Assembly (NCBI GenBank): GCA_002269645.1
Contig: NIVC01000328.1
Span: 62,001-126,000 of the forward strand
From: Macrostomum lignano
Lineage: Eukaryota
DNA length: 64,000 bases
Reading direction: 5' to 3'
The position numbers were made by a program, and so were the translations under genes. How positions within the stretch are numbered: the stretch's first letter is position 1; the number at the start of each line of letters is the position of its first letter. Shown here in pieces: positions 1-12,215 of the stretch. The notes under the pieces are model-generated. The model was not told where the DNA came from and ran no database searches. It saw only the letters and a list, made by a program, of their open reading frames with translations.

Positions 1-275
1 GTGAATATTGCGTATTTCCAGGTCTCCAATATTTCGTCAGTTCACTCTTACTGACCAACCGGCTGGGACTGGTTGTTGACGGATCGAAAAGTATCATTTT
101 AGCATTTTATGCAACTGTTAATGCGAAACCTTGCAGAACAACATAATTTCCTTACTTCGTAATTACATTTACATTTAAATTTACTAAGCTGTTGGAGAGA
201 ACATAAGGTACTGATTTTAGTGGATAAATGGTAGTACCATTTGAGGCAAAATTATTACTCGTAGAAGTTTGAGCG

Positions 276-640
276 ATGAGTCATCAGCGTACATGCAGAT
301 AAGGGACGAGATGCGAATGGCGAGTCATCAGTGTACATGCAAATAAGGGACGAGATGCGAATGGCGAGTCATCAGTGTACATGCAAATAGGGGACGAGAT
401 GGGAGGGATGGGTCATCAGTGTACATGCAGAAAAGGGACGAGATGGGAATGATGAGTCATCAGTGTACATGCAGAAAAGGGACGAGATGGGAATGATGAG
501 TCATCAGTGTACATGCAGAAAAGGGACGAGATGGGAATGATGAGTCATCAGTGTACATGCAGAAAAGGGACGAGATGGGAATGATGAGTCATCAGTGTAC
601 TTACTGATTGGGGACGAGATGGGAAGGATGAATCGTCTGT
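276..640. repeat. 44-bp tandem repeat (GATGAGTCATCAGTGTACATGCAGAAAAGGGACGAGATGGGAAT), about 8 copies
   Basis: GTACATGCAG recurs at 421, 465, 509 and 553 (period 44). The outer copies are degenerate. Confidence 0.9.
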
Positions 641-1334
641 GTGCATGAAGACACGGCGAGCTGCAAGCGGCTCATCAATTCTCTTGAGTTAAAAATTCAT
701 GTGTTAAGCATAAAATGTCACATCTCTACTAACAGTAGTTGATAGGAACGAACGAACTAAAACTGGAAAGAAATAATTTTTCGACCTTTTGCTGTACTGT
801 TTCTGTGACGCTCGCCACTGACGTGTCTGTCTAATTAAATTTTCTGCTTTAAATAAAACTCTTTTATTGCACTCAGACTGCTCAAGGAGAAAGCAAACAA
901 AAGCGGCTTAAGATAAAATAGAAGAAGGATTATGAAAGAAAAATGAAAAATTAAATTCTACAATTAAAAAATAACTACATAAAAACTTGCTTGTCAAAAA
1001 TGCAGACAGTTTCTAAATTGCAGGTGCTTGTAGTGAAGATTCAGTTTAATAAATAACGTTTCCTTCCAGTCTTAGAGAAGCTGAAAAAATAAAAACAGGT
1101 TTTTTCTGCCAAGAGTCTTTCAAACATTCACTTGATTGCAATTGTGAAAGAAAATTAAAACGACCGTGTTATTGTAAACAATTTTACTGAAATTCGTGAG
1201 AAATGCACATTGATTTTCATTCAATTATTAACCCATTATCAGCAGTGTGTAAGGAAAGCAGGTCCTGCGATAACACCCAATGTCCTGGTTTCTCACAGAT
1301 CCCTAACTGCACCATTAGAGCCCCTATCTACCAG

Positions 1335-2140
1335 ATCCTCAATCGTCCAGCTCCTGAATCTCACCCTCAGATCCCAATCTCACTCTTAGATCCCCAATCT
1401 CACTTCCAGATCCTCAATCTCATTCTCAGATCCCCAATCTCACTCCCAGATCCCCAATCTCACTCTCAGATCCCTAATCCCACTCTCAGATCCATAACCT
1501 CACTCTCAGATCCCCAATCTCACTCTCAGATCCTCAATCTCACCCCCAGATCCCCAATCTCACTCCCAGATCCTCAATCTCACCCCCAGATCCTTAATCT
1601 CACTCTCAGATCCCCAATCTCACTGCCAGACCCTAATCTCACTCTCAGATCCCCAATCCCACTCTCAGATCCCCAATCTCACTCCCAGATCCCCAATCTC
1701 ACTTCCAGATCCTCAATCTCACTCTCAGATCCCCAATCTCACTCCCAGATCCCCAATCTCACTCTCAGATCCCTAATCTCACTCTCAGATCCATAACCTC
1801 ACTCTCAGATCCCCAATCTCACTCTCAGATCCTCAATCTCACCTCCAGATCCTTAATCTCACTCTCAGATCCCCAATCTCACTGCCAGACCCTAATCTCA
1901 CTCTCAGATCCCCAATCCCACTCTCAGATCCCCAATCTCACTCCCAGATCCCCAATCTCACTCCCAGATCCCCAATCTCACTCTCAGATCCCTAATCTCA
2001 CTCTCAGATCCCCAATCTCACTCTAAGATCCCCAATCTCACTCTCAGATCCCCAATCTCACTCTCAGATTCCCAATCTCACTCTCAGATTCCCAATCTCA
2101 CTCTCAGGTCCTCAATCTTACTTCCAGATCCCCAATCAGA
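1335..2140. repeat. 20-bp minisatellite (CTCAGATCCCCAATCTCACT), about 40 copies
   Basis: The 20-bp period is directly visible. ORF 1203..1796 is repeat read-through. Confidence 0.95.
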
Positions 2141-2628
2141 CTCCCATTTTTAAAATCTCCCCCTGACTTGAATCGCCATTGGCTGATGGTGCTGACGGTC
2201 TCGATTTTCATTCGACAACCGCGCAGATCCTGTCTTGCACCCCCCCCCCCTAGCAACCAATTTAAAGCCGCTGCCAGGTACTCGACTCTGCTCCTGCTCA
2301 GTTGTCAGATCCTGCGCTCTCCCAGCCTCAGTTCAACTGCTAGGCGATCCGTGACAATCCCCAGAGCAAATCAAGTCTAAAAGCAGCGCCAAAAGCATTT
2401 TACCTGCTTACCCTTGCGCCTCTCATCTGCTTGGCAGCAAAAGTACTTTGCATTCATCGCTAGCCATCAAAACTGGATTCATTCCGGTTCGAACCTGAGA
2501 CGAAAAGACGCGCTCGTTCATTATTAGCCTTGATTAATTTTGTTGCTGCAGCTCAGCGAGGAGAGGCTCTGAAAAAAACCTGTCTGCCAATTGCTCCACA
2601 CAGTTTCAATCAGCACCCCTGATGAGGC

Positions 2629-2639
2629 ATGGATGAAGA
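2629..2639 (+). CDS. GPCR coding exon 1 (ATG GAT GAA GA, MDE-D)
   Basis: The ATG has an in-frame TGA just upstream and is followed by a consensus donor GTGAGT at 2640. Phase 2 matches the acceptor at 3881, and the four exons total 1425 nt (475 codons). The exon is too short for homology support. Confidence 0.5.
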
Positions 2640-2689
2640 GTGAGTAATGACTGAAATTTTCTGTCGTAACTGCATCAACTCAATATTCA

Positions 2690-3835
2690 AAATCCTCAAT
2701 CTCACTTCCAGATCCTCAATCCTAAATCTGCAACTCTTAGATCCACAATCTCATCCTCAGATCCTCAATCTCACTCTCAGATCCTCAATCTCACTCTCAG
2801 ATCCTCAATCTCACTCTCAGATTCTCAATCTCACTCTCAGATCCTCAATCTCACTCTCAGATTCTCAATCTCACTCTCAGATTCTCAATCTCACTCTCAG
2901 ATCCTCAATCTCACTCTCAGATCCTCAATCTCACTCTCAGATCCTCAATCTCACTCCTAGATCCTCAATCTCACTCTCAGATCCTCAATCTCACTCTCAG
3001 ATTCTCAATCTCACTCTCAAATCCTCAATCTCACTCTCAGATTCTCAATCTCACTCTCAGATTCTCAATCTCACTCTCAGATTCTCAATCTCACTCTCAG
3101 ATCCTCAATCTCACTCTCAGATCCCCAATCTCACTCTCAGATTCTCAATCTCACTCTCAGATTCTCAATCTCACTCCTAGATCCTCAATCTCACTCTCAG
3201 ATTCTCAATCTCACTCTCAGATCCTCAATCTCACTCCTAGATCCTCAATCTCACTCTCAGATCCTCAATCTCACTCTCAGATCCTCAATCTCACTCTCAG
3301 ATCCTCAATCTCACTCTCAGATCCTCAATCTCACTCTCAGATCCTCAATCTCACTCTCAGATCCTCAATCTCACTCTCAGATCCTCAATCTCACTCCCAG
3401 ATCCATAATCTCACTCTCAGATCCCCAATCTCACTCTCAGATCCCCAATCTCACCCTAAGATCCACAATCTCACCCCAGATCCTCAATCTCACTCTCAAA
3501 TCCTCAATCTCATTTCCAGATCCTCAATCTCACTCTCAGATCCTCAATCTCATTTCCAGATCCTCAATCTCACTCTCAAATCCTCAATCTCATTTCCAGA
3601 TCCTCAACCTCACTCTCAGATCCTCAATCTCATTTCCAGATCCTCAATCTAACTCTCAGACTCTCAATCTCACTCTCAGATCCTCAATCTCACTCTCAGA
3701 TCCTCAATCTCACTCTCAGATCCTCAATCTCACTCTCAGATCCTCAATCTCATTTCCAGATCCTCAATCTCACTCTCAGATCCTCAATCTCATTTCCAGA
3801 TCCTCAATCTAACTCTCAGACTCTCAATCTTACTT
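2690..3835. repeat. 20-bp minisatellite (CTCAGATCCTCAATCTCACT), about 57 copies, in GPCR intron 1
   Basis: Visible 20-bp period. Same family as 1335-2140. Confidence 0.95.
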
Positions 3836-3881
3836 CCCGTCAATGAGCATTCCTAAAGCAATCCATTAACTCCCCGCCCAG

Positions 3882-4310
3882 TTCTGAAGCTGTCCCATGG
3901 TCGGGCGACACTGAACTTCCCGTTGACGCTTGGCTGGCAGTCACCACGGCTCTGCCGCCGCCCGACAACGAGACCGCCTGCTGGAACATCAGCGTGTACA
4001 CAGGCGAGGTTCAGCCGCTTCAGATGGCGCACATCAGTCTGCAGAGTCTGGTGTTCATTGTCGGCCTCACTGGCAATCTGATTCTCATTTACATCATCGC
4101 GAGTCACAGGCGGTTCAGGTCCACTCCGAATCTGTTCATCGCTAACCTGGCGGCCGCCGACTGCATCTACCTGATGCTCTTTGTGCCCTGCGACATCATC
4201 AGCACCTTTGGGGTCCAGCTGCCGCTCTTCATCTGCAAGGCATTCTATTTCTGCCGGATTCTCACTGTGGGAGTCTCCGTGTACACCCTGCTGGGGCTGG
4301 CGATCGATCG
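3882..4310 (+). CDS. Class A neuropeptide GPCR (bombesin/endothelin/CCHamide receptor family), exon 2: N-terminus and TM1-TM3
   Basis: Acceptor ttaactccccgcccag at 3881. Encodes N-glycosylation sequons (NET, NIS), GN in TM1, PNLFIANLAAAD in TM2 and CK...GVSVYTLLGLAIDR in TM3. Phase-2 donor GTGAGA at 4311. Confidence 0.9.
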
Positions 4311-4330
4311 GTGAGACACTCAATGTATCG

Positions 4331-4341
4331 GTGAGACAGAC

Positions 4342-4430
<89 letters not shown>

Positions 4431-4464
4431 CTAAGACAGACAGACAGACACTAAGACAGACAGA
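4331..4464. repeat. (GACA)n microsatellite
   Basis: Directly visible tetranucleotide run starting just after the GPCR donor. Confidence 0.95.
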
Positions 4465-5232
4465 CAGACACTACGACAGGCACTAAGACAGACACTAAGA
4501 CAGGCACTAAGTCAGGCACTAAGACAGGCACTAAGACAGGCACTAAGACAGGCACTAAGACAGGCACTAAGACAGGCACTAAGACAGGCACTAAGACAAG
4601 CACTAAGACAGGCACTAAGACAGGCACTAAGACAGGCACTAAGACAGGCACTAAGACAGGCACTAAGACAGGCACTAAGACAGGCACTAAGACAGGCACT
4701 AAGACAAGCACTAAGACAGGCACTAAGACAGGCACTAAGACAGGCACTAAGACAGGCACTAAGACAAGCACTAAGACAGGCACTAAGACAGGCACTAAGA
4801 CAGGCACTAAGACAGGCCCTAAGACAGGCACTAAGACAGGCACTAAGACAGGCACTAAGACAGGCACTAAGACAGGCACTAAGACAGGCACTAAGACAGG
4901 CACTAAGACAGGCACTAAGACAGGCACTAAGACAGGCACTAAGACAGGCAATAAGACAGACACTAAGACAGACACTAAGACAGACACTAAGACAGGCACT
5001 AAGACAGGCACTAAGACAGGCACTAAGACAGGCACTAAGACAGGCACTAAGACAGGCACTAAGACAGGCACTAAGACAGGCACTAAGACAGACACTAAGA
5101 CAGGCACTAAGACAGGCACTAAGACAGGCACTAAGACAAGCACTAAGACAGGCACTAAGACAGGCACTAAGACAGACACTAAGACAAGCACTAAGACAGG
5201 CACTAAGACAGGCACTAAGACAAGCAATAAGA
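4465..5232. repeat. 12-bp minisatellite (GACAGGCACTAA), about 64 copies
   Basis: Visible 12-bp period. The VLVP ORF is read-through. Confidence 0.95.
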
Positions 5233-6009
5233 CTCGAACACTGCAGTGAAATCAGTTTGGTTTGAACAAAGCTTCTCGCACAACACAGCCGCGTAATCCC
5301 CTGCTTCCCTGCTCAAACGGTTTCTCACGCATCCAAGCATGGCAAAGTCGGCTACTTTGCTAGCACAAAATTGCAGAGAGCTAAAAGGTTACGAGAAAAT
5401 GAAAACTGCAGGAAACTACTGTGACAGAGAACCCTGTCTTCAAAGCCTTTATTTGGGCTCGAATGCCCACAAGATGCGAATGACTTTCATCTGCCGCGTG
5501 CGTCATTAAAAATACGCGCGCCTCCGTCACGTGACCTGAGAATTTCGAGAGCGAAAATAATTCTTTCTTTCGACTGGTAGCATCGCCGGAACTGCCGCCA
5601 TCCGGCCGAATCCCTAATGTTTTATTACTCAGCTTATCACCTCTTGAGGCCGTGGGAGTTCAGCAGAGCTGCACTGAGGTTGAAGACTGCTCACGGTTGG
5701 TCAGGTTTTCAGTTAGTTCAATACCGGGCACAGAAGTCTTAAAATTATCCCCCGATATCGTAATTATCTCTGTCGAGTCGCGTTTCCGTCAATTTCTCGT
5801 CTAAGATGTTGCGTCTTTTCAGCTTGAAAATTCATTTCAGTCAGCACTGGCCATTTTTAGGGTCAATTTGGCAGAGAGCTGCCCCTAATATCCATGTCAA
5901 CACACTCGCAGCTGACGAACATTGTTAGAATTTGATGAGCTGCAGAGGATAATTTTGTCTCTTGCAGATTATCTGCATCAGCCTGCAGCTGCAGAAAATG
6001 CTGGAATGT

Positions 6010-6436
<427 letters not shown>

Positions 6437-6924
6437 GGTGCTAGTTAGTCGCAGACACTAAGACCACAGACTCTAAGGTTCTCAGACTGATTTAGAAACA
6501 GACGCACCCAAACAAATGAATCCGTGAAATAGTAAATTGATGAAGAAAGAGTGAAACTGTGGCTCATAAAGTGCACAGCTTCTGTCCAATTCCCAGGCGT
6601 CTGCAGCCGCTCTGCGTTGGTCAGCCAGTCAAATTGCGAATCACTCGCTAACCGCATTTTCGAGCTAAAGCTCAAGGATATCAGCGCTGCGGATCATAAA
6701 TAATTGACAAAATTGAAGGCGAGGGGTCAAAGAGGGTAATTGACTGATGAGGGCAGCGGCAAAGCGCTTCATCATACGAGTAAGCCTCCCTTGCATGCCT
6801 ACGGGGCAACAACTTAACCGCAATCTGATGGATGGCCAAGTTTGCTACAGATGGAAGGCAACATCTGGGACCGCCTACGCAGTGGCTGACCAGAAACTCG
6901 GCCAGGGCTTCCTTTCGACTCGGA

Positions 6925-7505
6925 CTCATGGCGCCACTTGTAAAACTCCATGGCGCCACTTCTAAAACTCCATGGCGTCACTTTTGAAACTTCATGGCGC
7001 CACTTCTGAAACTCCATGGCGCCACTTCTGAAACTCCATAGCGCCACTTGTGGAAATCCATGGCGCTACTTCTGGAACTCCATGGCGCCACTTGTGAAAC
7101 TCCATGGCGCCACTTCTAAAACTCCATGGCGTCACTTTTGAAACTTCATGGCGCCACTTCTGAAACTCCATGGCGCCACTTCTGAAACTCCATAGCGCCA
7201 CTTGTGGAAATCCATGGCGCTACTTCTGGAACTCCATGGCACCACTTTTGAAACTCCATGGCGCCACTTGTGAAACTCCATGGCGCCACTTTTGAAACTA
7301 CATGGCGCCACTTCTGAAACTCCATGGCCCACTTTTGAAACTCCATAGCGTCACTTATGGAACTCCTTGGCGCCACTTATGGAACTCTATGGCGCCACTT
7401 ATGGAACTCCATGGCGCCACTTATGGAACTCCATGGCGCCACTTATGGAACTCCATGGCGCCACTTATGGAACTCCATGGCGCCACTTCTGGAACTCCAT
7501 GGCGC
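6925..7505. repeat. 22-bp minisatellite (ATGGCGCCACTTCTGAAACTCC), about 26 copies
   Basis: Visible 22-bp period. Each unit contains the palindrome TGGCGCCA. Confidence 0.92.
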
Positions 7506-7603
7506 AAATTTAAAACTCTATAGGGCCTCGCACTTAGGAATTCTAGCTCGTACAACCAACTCCCTAAATTAACTTTCTCATTTTTATCCCTTTTCTATTG
7601 CAG

Positions 7604-7695
7604 CTGCCTCGCCATCAGCCGCCCGATGTCGAATCTGAAGCGCTCGAAATCACTGCTGCCGAAAATTGGCTTGGGCGTCATCTGCACTGCGGCTG
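7604..7695 (+). CDS. GPCR exon 3 (ICL2 and first half of TM4: R-CLAISRPMSNLKRSKSLLPKIGLGVICTAA-V)
   Basis: Strong polypyrimidine acceptor ending cag at 7603 and donor GTGCGT at 7696. Phases 2 and 1 join both neighbouring exons in frame and complete the DR(C)LAISRP motif. Confidence 0.88.
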
Positions 7696-7699
7696 GTGC

Positions 7700-9795
7700 G
7701 TCTGTCTCACCCTCTCCCCTCTGTGTCTCACCCTCTCCCCTCTGTGTCTCACCCTCTCCCCTCTGTGTCTCACCCTCTCCCCTCTGTGTCTCACCCTCTC
7801 GCCTCTGTGCCTCACCCTCTCCCCTCTGTGTCTCACCCTCTCCCCTCTGTGTCTCACCCTCTCCCTTCTGTGTCTCACCCTCACCCCTCTGTGTCTCATC
7901 CTCTCCCTTCTGTGTCTCACCCTCTCCCCTCTGTGCCTCACCCCCCCCCTCTGTGCCTCACCCCCCTCTGTGCCTCACCCTCTCCCCTCTGTGTCTCATC
8001 CTCTCCCCTCTGTGTCTCACCCTCTCCCCTCTGTGTCTCATCCTCTCCCCTCTGTGCCTCACCCTCTCCCCTCTGTGTCTCACCCTCTCCCCTCTGTGTC
8101 TCACCCTCTCCCCTCTGTGTCTCACCCTCCCCCCTCTGTGCCTCACCCTCTCCCCTCTGTGTCTCATCCTCTCCCTTCTGTGTCTCACCCTCTCCCCTCT
8201 GTGCCTCATTCTCTCCCCTCTGTGTCTCATCCTCTCCCCTCTGTGTCTCACCCTCTCCCCTCTGTGCCTCACCCTCTCCCCTCTGTGTCTCACCCTCTCC
8301 CCTCTGTGTCTCATCCTCTCCCCTCTGTGTCTCATCCTCTCCCCTCTGTGTCTCACCCTCTCCCCTCTGTGTCTCATCCTCTCCCCTCTGTGTCTCATCC
8401 TCTCCCCTCTGTGTCTCACCCTCTCCCCTCTGTGTCTCACCCTCTCCCCTCTGTGCCTCACCCTCTCCCCTCTGTGTCTCACCCTCTCCCCTCTGTGTCT
8501 CACCCTCTCCCCTCTGTGTCTCACCCTCTCGCCTCTGTGCCTCACCCTCTCCCCTCTGTGTCTCACCCTCTCCCCTCTGTGCCTCATCCTCTCCCCTCTG
8601 TGTCTCACCCTCTCTCTCTGTGTCTCACCCTCTCCCCTCTGTGCCTCACCCTCTCCCCTCTGTGTCTCACCCTCTTCCCTCTGTGCCTCATCCTCTCCCC
8701 TCTGTGTCTCACCCTCTCCCCTCTGTGCCTCATCCTCTCCCCTCTGTGTCTCATCCTCTCCCCTCTGTGTCTCACCCTCTCCCCTCTGTGTCTCATCCTC
8801 TCCCCTCTGTGCCTCACCCTCTCCCCTCTGTGTCTCACCCTCTCCCCTCTGTGTCTCACCCTCTCCCCTCTGTGTCTCACCCTCTCGCCTCTGTGCCTCA
8901 CCCTCTCCCCTCTGTGTCTCACCCTCTCCCCTCTGTGTCTCACCCTCTCCCCTCTGTGTCTCACCCTCTCCCCTCTGTGTCTCACCCTCTCCCCTCTGTG
9001 CCTCACCCTCTCCGCTCTGTGTCTCACCCTCTCCCCTCTGTGCCTCACCCTCTCCCCTCTGTGCCTCACCCTCTCCCCTCTGTGCCTCACCCCCCCCCTC
9101 TGTGCCTCACCCCCCTCTGTGCCTCACCCTCTCCCCTCTGTGCCTCACCCTCTCCCCTCTGTGTCTCACCCTCTCCCCTCTGTGTCTCACCCTCTCCCCT
9201 CTGTGTCTCACCCTCTCCCCTCTGTGCCTCACCCTCTCCGCTCTGTGTCTCACCCTCTCCCCTCTGTGTCTCACCCTCTCCCCTCTGTGTCTCATCCTCT
9301 CCCCTCTGTGCCTCACCCTCTCCGCTCTGTGTCTCACCCTCTCCCCTCTGTGCCTCACCCTCTCCCCTCTGTGCCTCACCCTCTCCCCTCTGTGCCTCAC
9401 CCCCCCTCTGTGCCTCACCCCCCTCTGTGCCTCACCCTCTCCCCTCTGTGCCTCACCCTCTCCCCTCTGTGCCTCACCCCCCCTCTGTGCCTCACCCCCC
9501 CTCTGTGCCTCACCCCCCTCTGTGCCTCACCCTCTCCCCTCTGTGCCTCACCCTCTCCCCTCTGTGCCTCACCCTCTCCCCTCTGTGCCTCACCCCCCTC
9601 TGTGCCTCACCCCCCCTCTGTGCCTCACCCCCCTCTGTGCCTCACCCTCCCCCCTCTGTGCCTCACCCTCTCCCCTCTGTGCCTCACCCTCTCCCCTCTG
9701 TGCCTCACCCTCCCCCCTCTGTGCCTCACCCTCTCCCCTCTGTGCCTCACCCTCTCCCCTCTGTGCCTCACCCTCTCCCCTCTGTGCCTCACGCA
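7700..9795. repeat. 21-bp pyrimidine-rich minisatellite (TCACCCTCTCCCCTCTGTGTC), about 100 copies, in GPCR intron 3
   Basis: Visible period. The array starts within a few bases of the donor. The three 740-750-aa ORFs are read-through. Confidence 0.95.
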
Positions 9796-10254
9796 CTCCT
9801 CCTTTCTGCCTGTCAACCTCTTCCCTTTTTGTTTACCTTTGCGCCGTTAGCTTTCAGTTCAATAAAAGTCACTGACGCAATAAGTTTTTAATATTGCTTT
9901 AAATGACGCTACAAAACGGGCTGTTTTGAAATTCCGGAGACGAGGTTAAAAATTTGGATACAGATTAGCCAGAATTTCGATAGAAATCTCCCAGTTTTGC
10001 TTCTTTTTTATTAATTTACGGTTGCAACCATCCGTAAAGCCAGAAAATTTCTTCTAGAAGAGAAAATAAAGGAAATTGTTGCTTTTATAGCTGAAATTCT
10101 GGAAGTTTTTAATAAAGTCAAATAATTTTCGACGCATTTAAAAAAGCGCCCAGCAACAAATTTTAGAGTGACTATCCTGATCTAAATTTGAAGCTTAAAT
10201 TGGAAACAAAAAGAGTGATTAACTGCTCTCACTGAATAGGTGTGCCTTATTTTC

Positions 10255-10660
10255 ACCAACTCTAACCAATGGCTTCACCAACTACTCACTTACCGATTCA
10301 CATTCACCAACTCTCACCGATGGATTCACTAACTCCTCTCAGACTGCTTCACCAACATTCATAGATCGATTCACCAACTCCTTACCAACCGATTCGCATT
10401 CACCAACTTTCACCAATGAACTTACTAACTCCTCTCAGACCGCTTCACCAACTTTCACCAATGAACTTACTAACTCCTCTCAGACCGCTTCACCAACTTT
10501 CATAGATCGATTCACCAACTCCTTACGAACCGATTCACATTCACCAACTCTCACTAATGCATTCACTAACTCCTCTTAAACCGATTCACTAACCTTCACA
10601 AATAAGCTTTGAATTTCACTCCTCATCAATTAACTTATCACCCGCATTCACCAGTTGTTC
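10255..10660. repeat. Degenerate CACCAACT/CACTAACT-based tandem repeat
   Basis: Recurrent TTCACCAACT and ACTAACTCCTCT motifs at irregular spacing. Confidence 0.7.
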
Positions 10661-10684
10661 ACCAACCCCCCAACCCAATGGCAG

Positions 10685-11577
10685 TGCTGCTAGCCTTGCC
10701 CTACGCCGTGAGCACTCACATTGAGCAGAAGATGCACAACTGCCTGATCGTGCCGCACTGCTACCCGTTCCCCAGTAGCTGGGGCCACGGCTACAAGGTC
10801 GGCATGCTGGCGGCCAAGCTGCTGCTGTACTACCTCCTGCCGGGCAGCCTCATCACCATATTCTACGGCCTCATGGCCTACAAGCTGATGCGCACGGCCA
10901 CAGCGCACGAACGCGCGGCTGCCGGCAGCGAGCGAGCAGCGAACGCGTCAGCCACGGCGCAGATCGAAGGCCGCAAGAAGCTCGCCAAGCTGGTGCTCAG
11001 CCTGTCCGTCGTGTTCTTCGCCGCCTGGGGCCTCGAGTACGTCGTGATGCTGCACTACTTCACTTCAACCAGAGTCCACGCTGTGTTCGTCCAGATCAAA
11101 ATGGTTGCCAAGCTGTTGCCGTCTGCCTATTCGGCCAGCAACCCGATCACTCTGTGCATCATCAGCCGCAGATTCCGGGCCCATTTCATCGAGGTGATCA
11201 GCTGCGGCCGCCGCCGGGCTCGGGCCAATTATCTCAGGCACAACCGGAACGTCAACAACCCTGGCAACTGCAACAACTGCAACAACAATTGCGATATTAA
11301 TATTAATAATAATGGCCAGATGAGAGCTGAAGCCGGGGCTGAGGCGTCCGAAGATCCTGCCGAAGCTCTGATCGACCCGCAGAGGTGCAGGAGGTCGCCG
11401 CAGCGACCAACCGCTGCTGAAGCTGCGGCCGTGCTGGCCATCGGGCAGCTGCCGGGCGGCCTGGCTGAAGAGCATCGCCGGCTGTGCCGCCGCCAGACAG
11501 GCAGCAGCGTGGTGCAGCTGACCAACCTCACCCAGCGCCGCTACATCACCGCTGCCGAGGCTGCTGGCAGCATCTAG
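10685..11577 (+). CDS. GPCR exon 4 (end of TM4, ECL2, TM5-TM7, Asn/Ala-rich C-tail)
   Basis: Acceptor ending gcag at 10684. Encodes LLALP, CYPFP, YYLLPGSLITIFYGLMAYKL, QIEGRKKLAKLVL and SASNPITLCIISRRFRAHF (NPxxL type, as in bombesin/endothelin/CCHamide receptors). Ends in TAG. Confidence 0.92.
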
Positions 11578-11831
11578 TCTGTACTTTAGAAAGTCGTTGA
11601 TCAGGGTCTCCGACGAAGCTGAATTTTTCCCTTGTAGTTTTCCTTCTCCTTCCAACCTCTTGGGATGGTAGGTGGTCCCATGCGGGTTGACTGGTCTCTA
11701 CTGGCGTTTTTTCCTGGCTCATCACCAGGTTTGAGCACTTCTCTCTTCTCCTCCCCCAGCCTTCTCTGGTTCCAACCTGTGTGACGGGGTTCCACACACT
11801 CTCTCTCATGTCTTTATCTCTTTCATCCATT

Positions 11832-12215
11832 CCCAACCCTAACACTAATCCCAACCCTAACACTAATCCCGACCCTAACACTAATCCCAACCCTAACACT
11901 AATCCCAACCCTAACACTAATCCAAACCCTAACACTAATCCCAACCCTAACACTAATCCCAACCCTAACACTAATCCCAACCCTAACACTAATCCCAACC
12001 CTAACACTAATCCCAACCCTAACACTAATCCCAACCCTAACACTAATCCCAACCCTAACACTAATCCCAACCCTAACACTAATCCCAACCCTAACACTAA
12101 TCCAAACCCTAACACTAATCCCAACCCTAACACTAATCCCAACCCTCCAGCACTAATCCCAACCCTAACTCTTATCCCAGCCCTAACGCTATAATCCCTA
12201 ACACCAATCCCAACC
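11832..12215. repeat. 18-bp telomere-like repeat (CCCAACCCTAACACTAAT)
   Basis: About 17 near-perfect units, then a degenerate tail. Each unit contains CCCTAA (TTAGGG on the minus strand). Confidence 0.92.

Noticed and set aside
2186-2277. Alternative GPCR first exon (MVLTVSIF...AAA-S, phase-2 donor GTACTC)
   Set aside because: The phase fits, but the donor is weak compared with GTGAGT at 2640. It remains possible as a minor isoform or UTR exon.
2455-2505. tRNA/SINE B-box-like GGTTCGAACC (also GGTTCGAT near 14020)
   Set aside because: No cloverleaf and no properly spaced A box.
7598-9891. 740-750-aa Pro/Ser/Cys/Leu ORFs
   Set aside because: Read-through of the 21-bp intronic array. Only 7604-7695 is a real exon.
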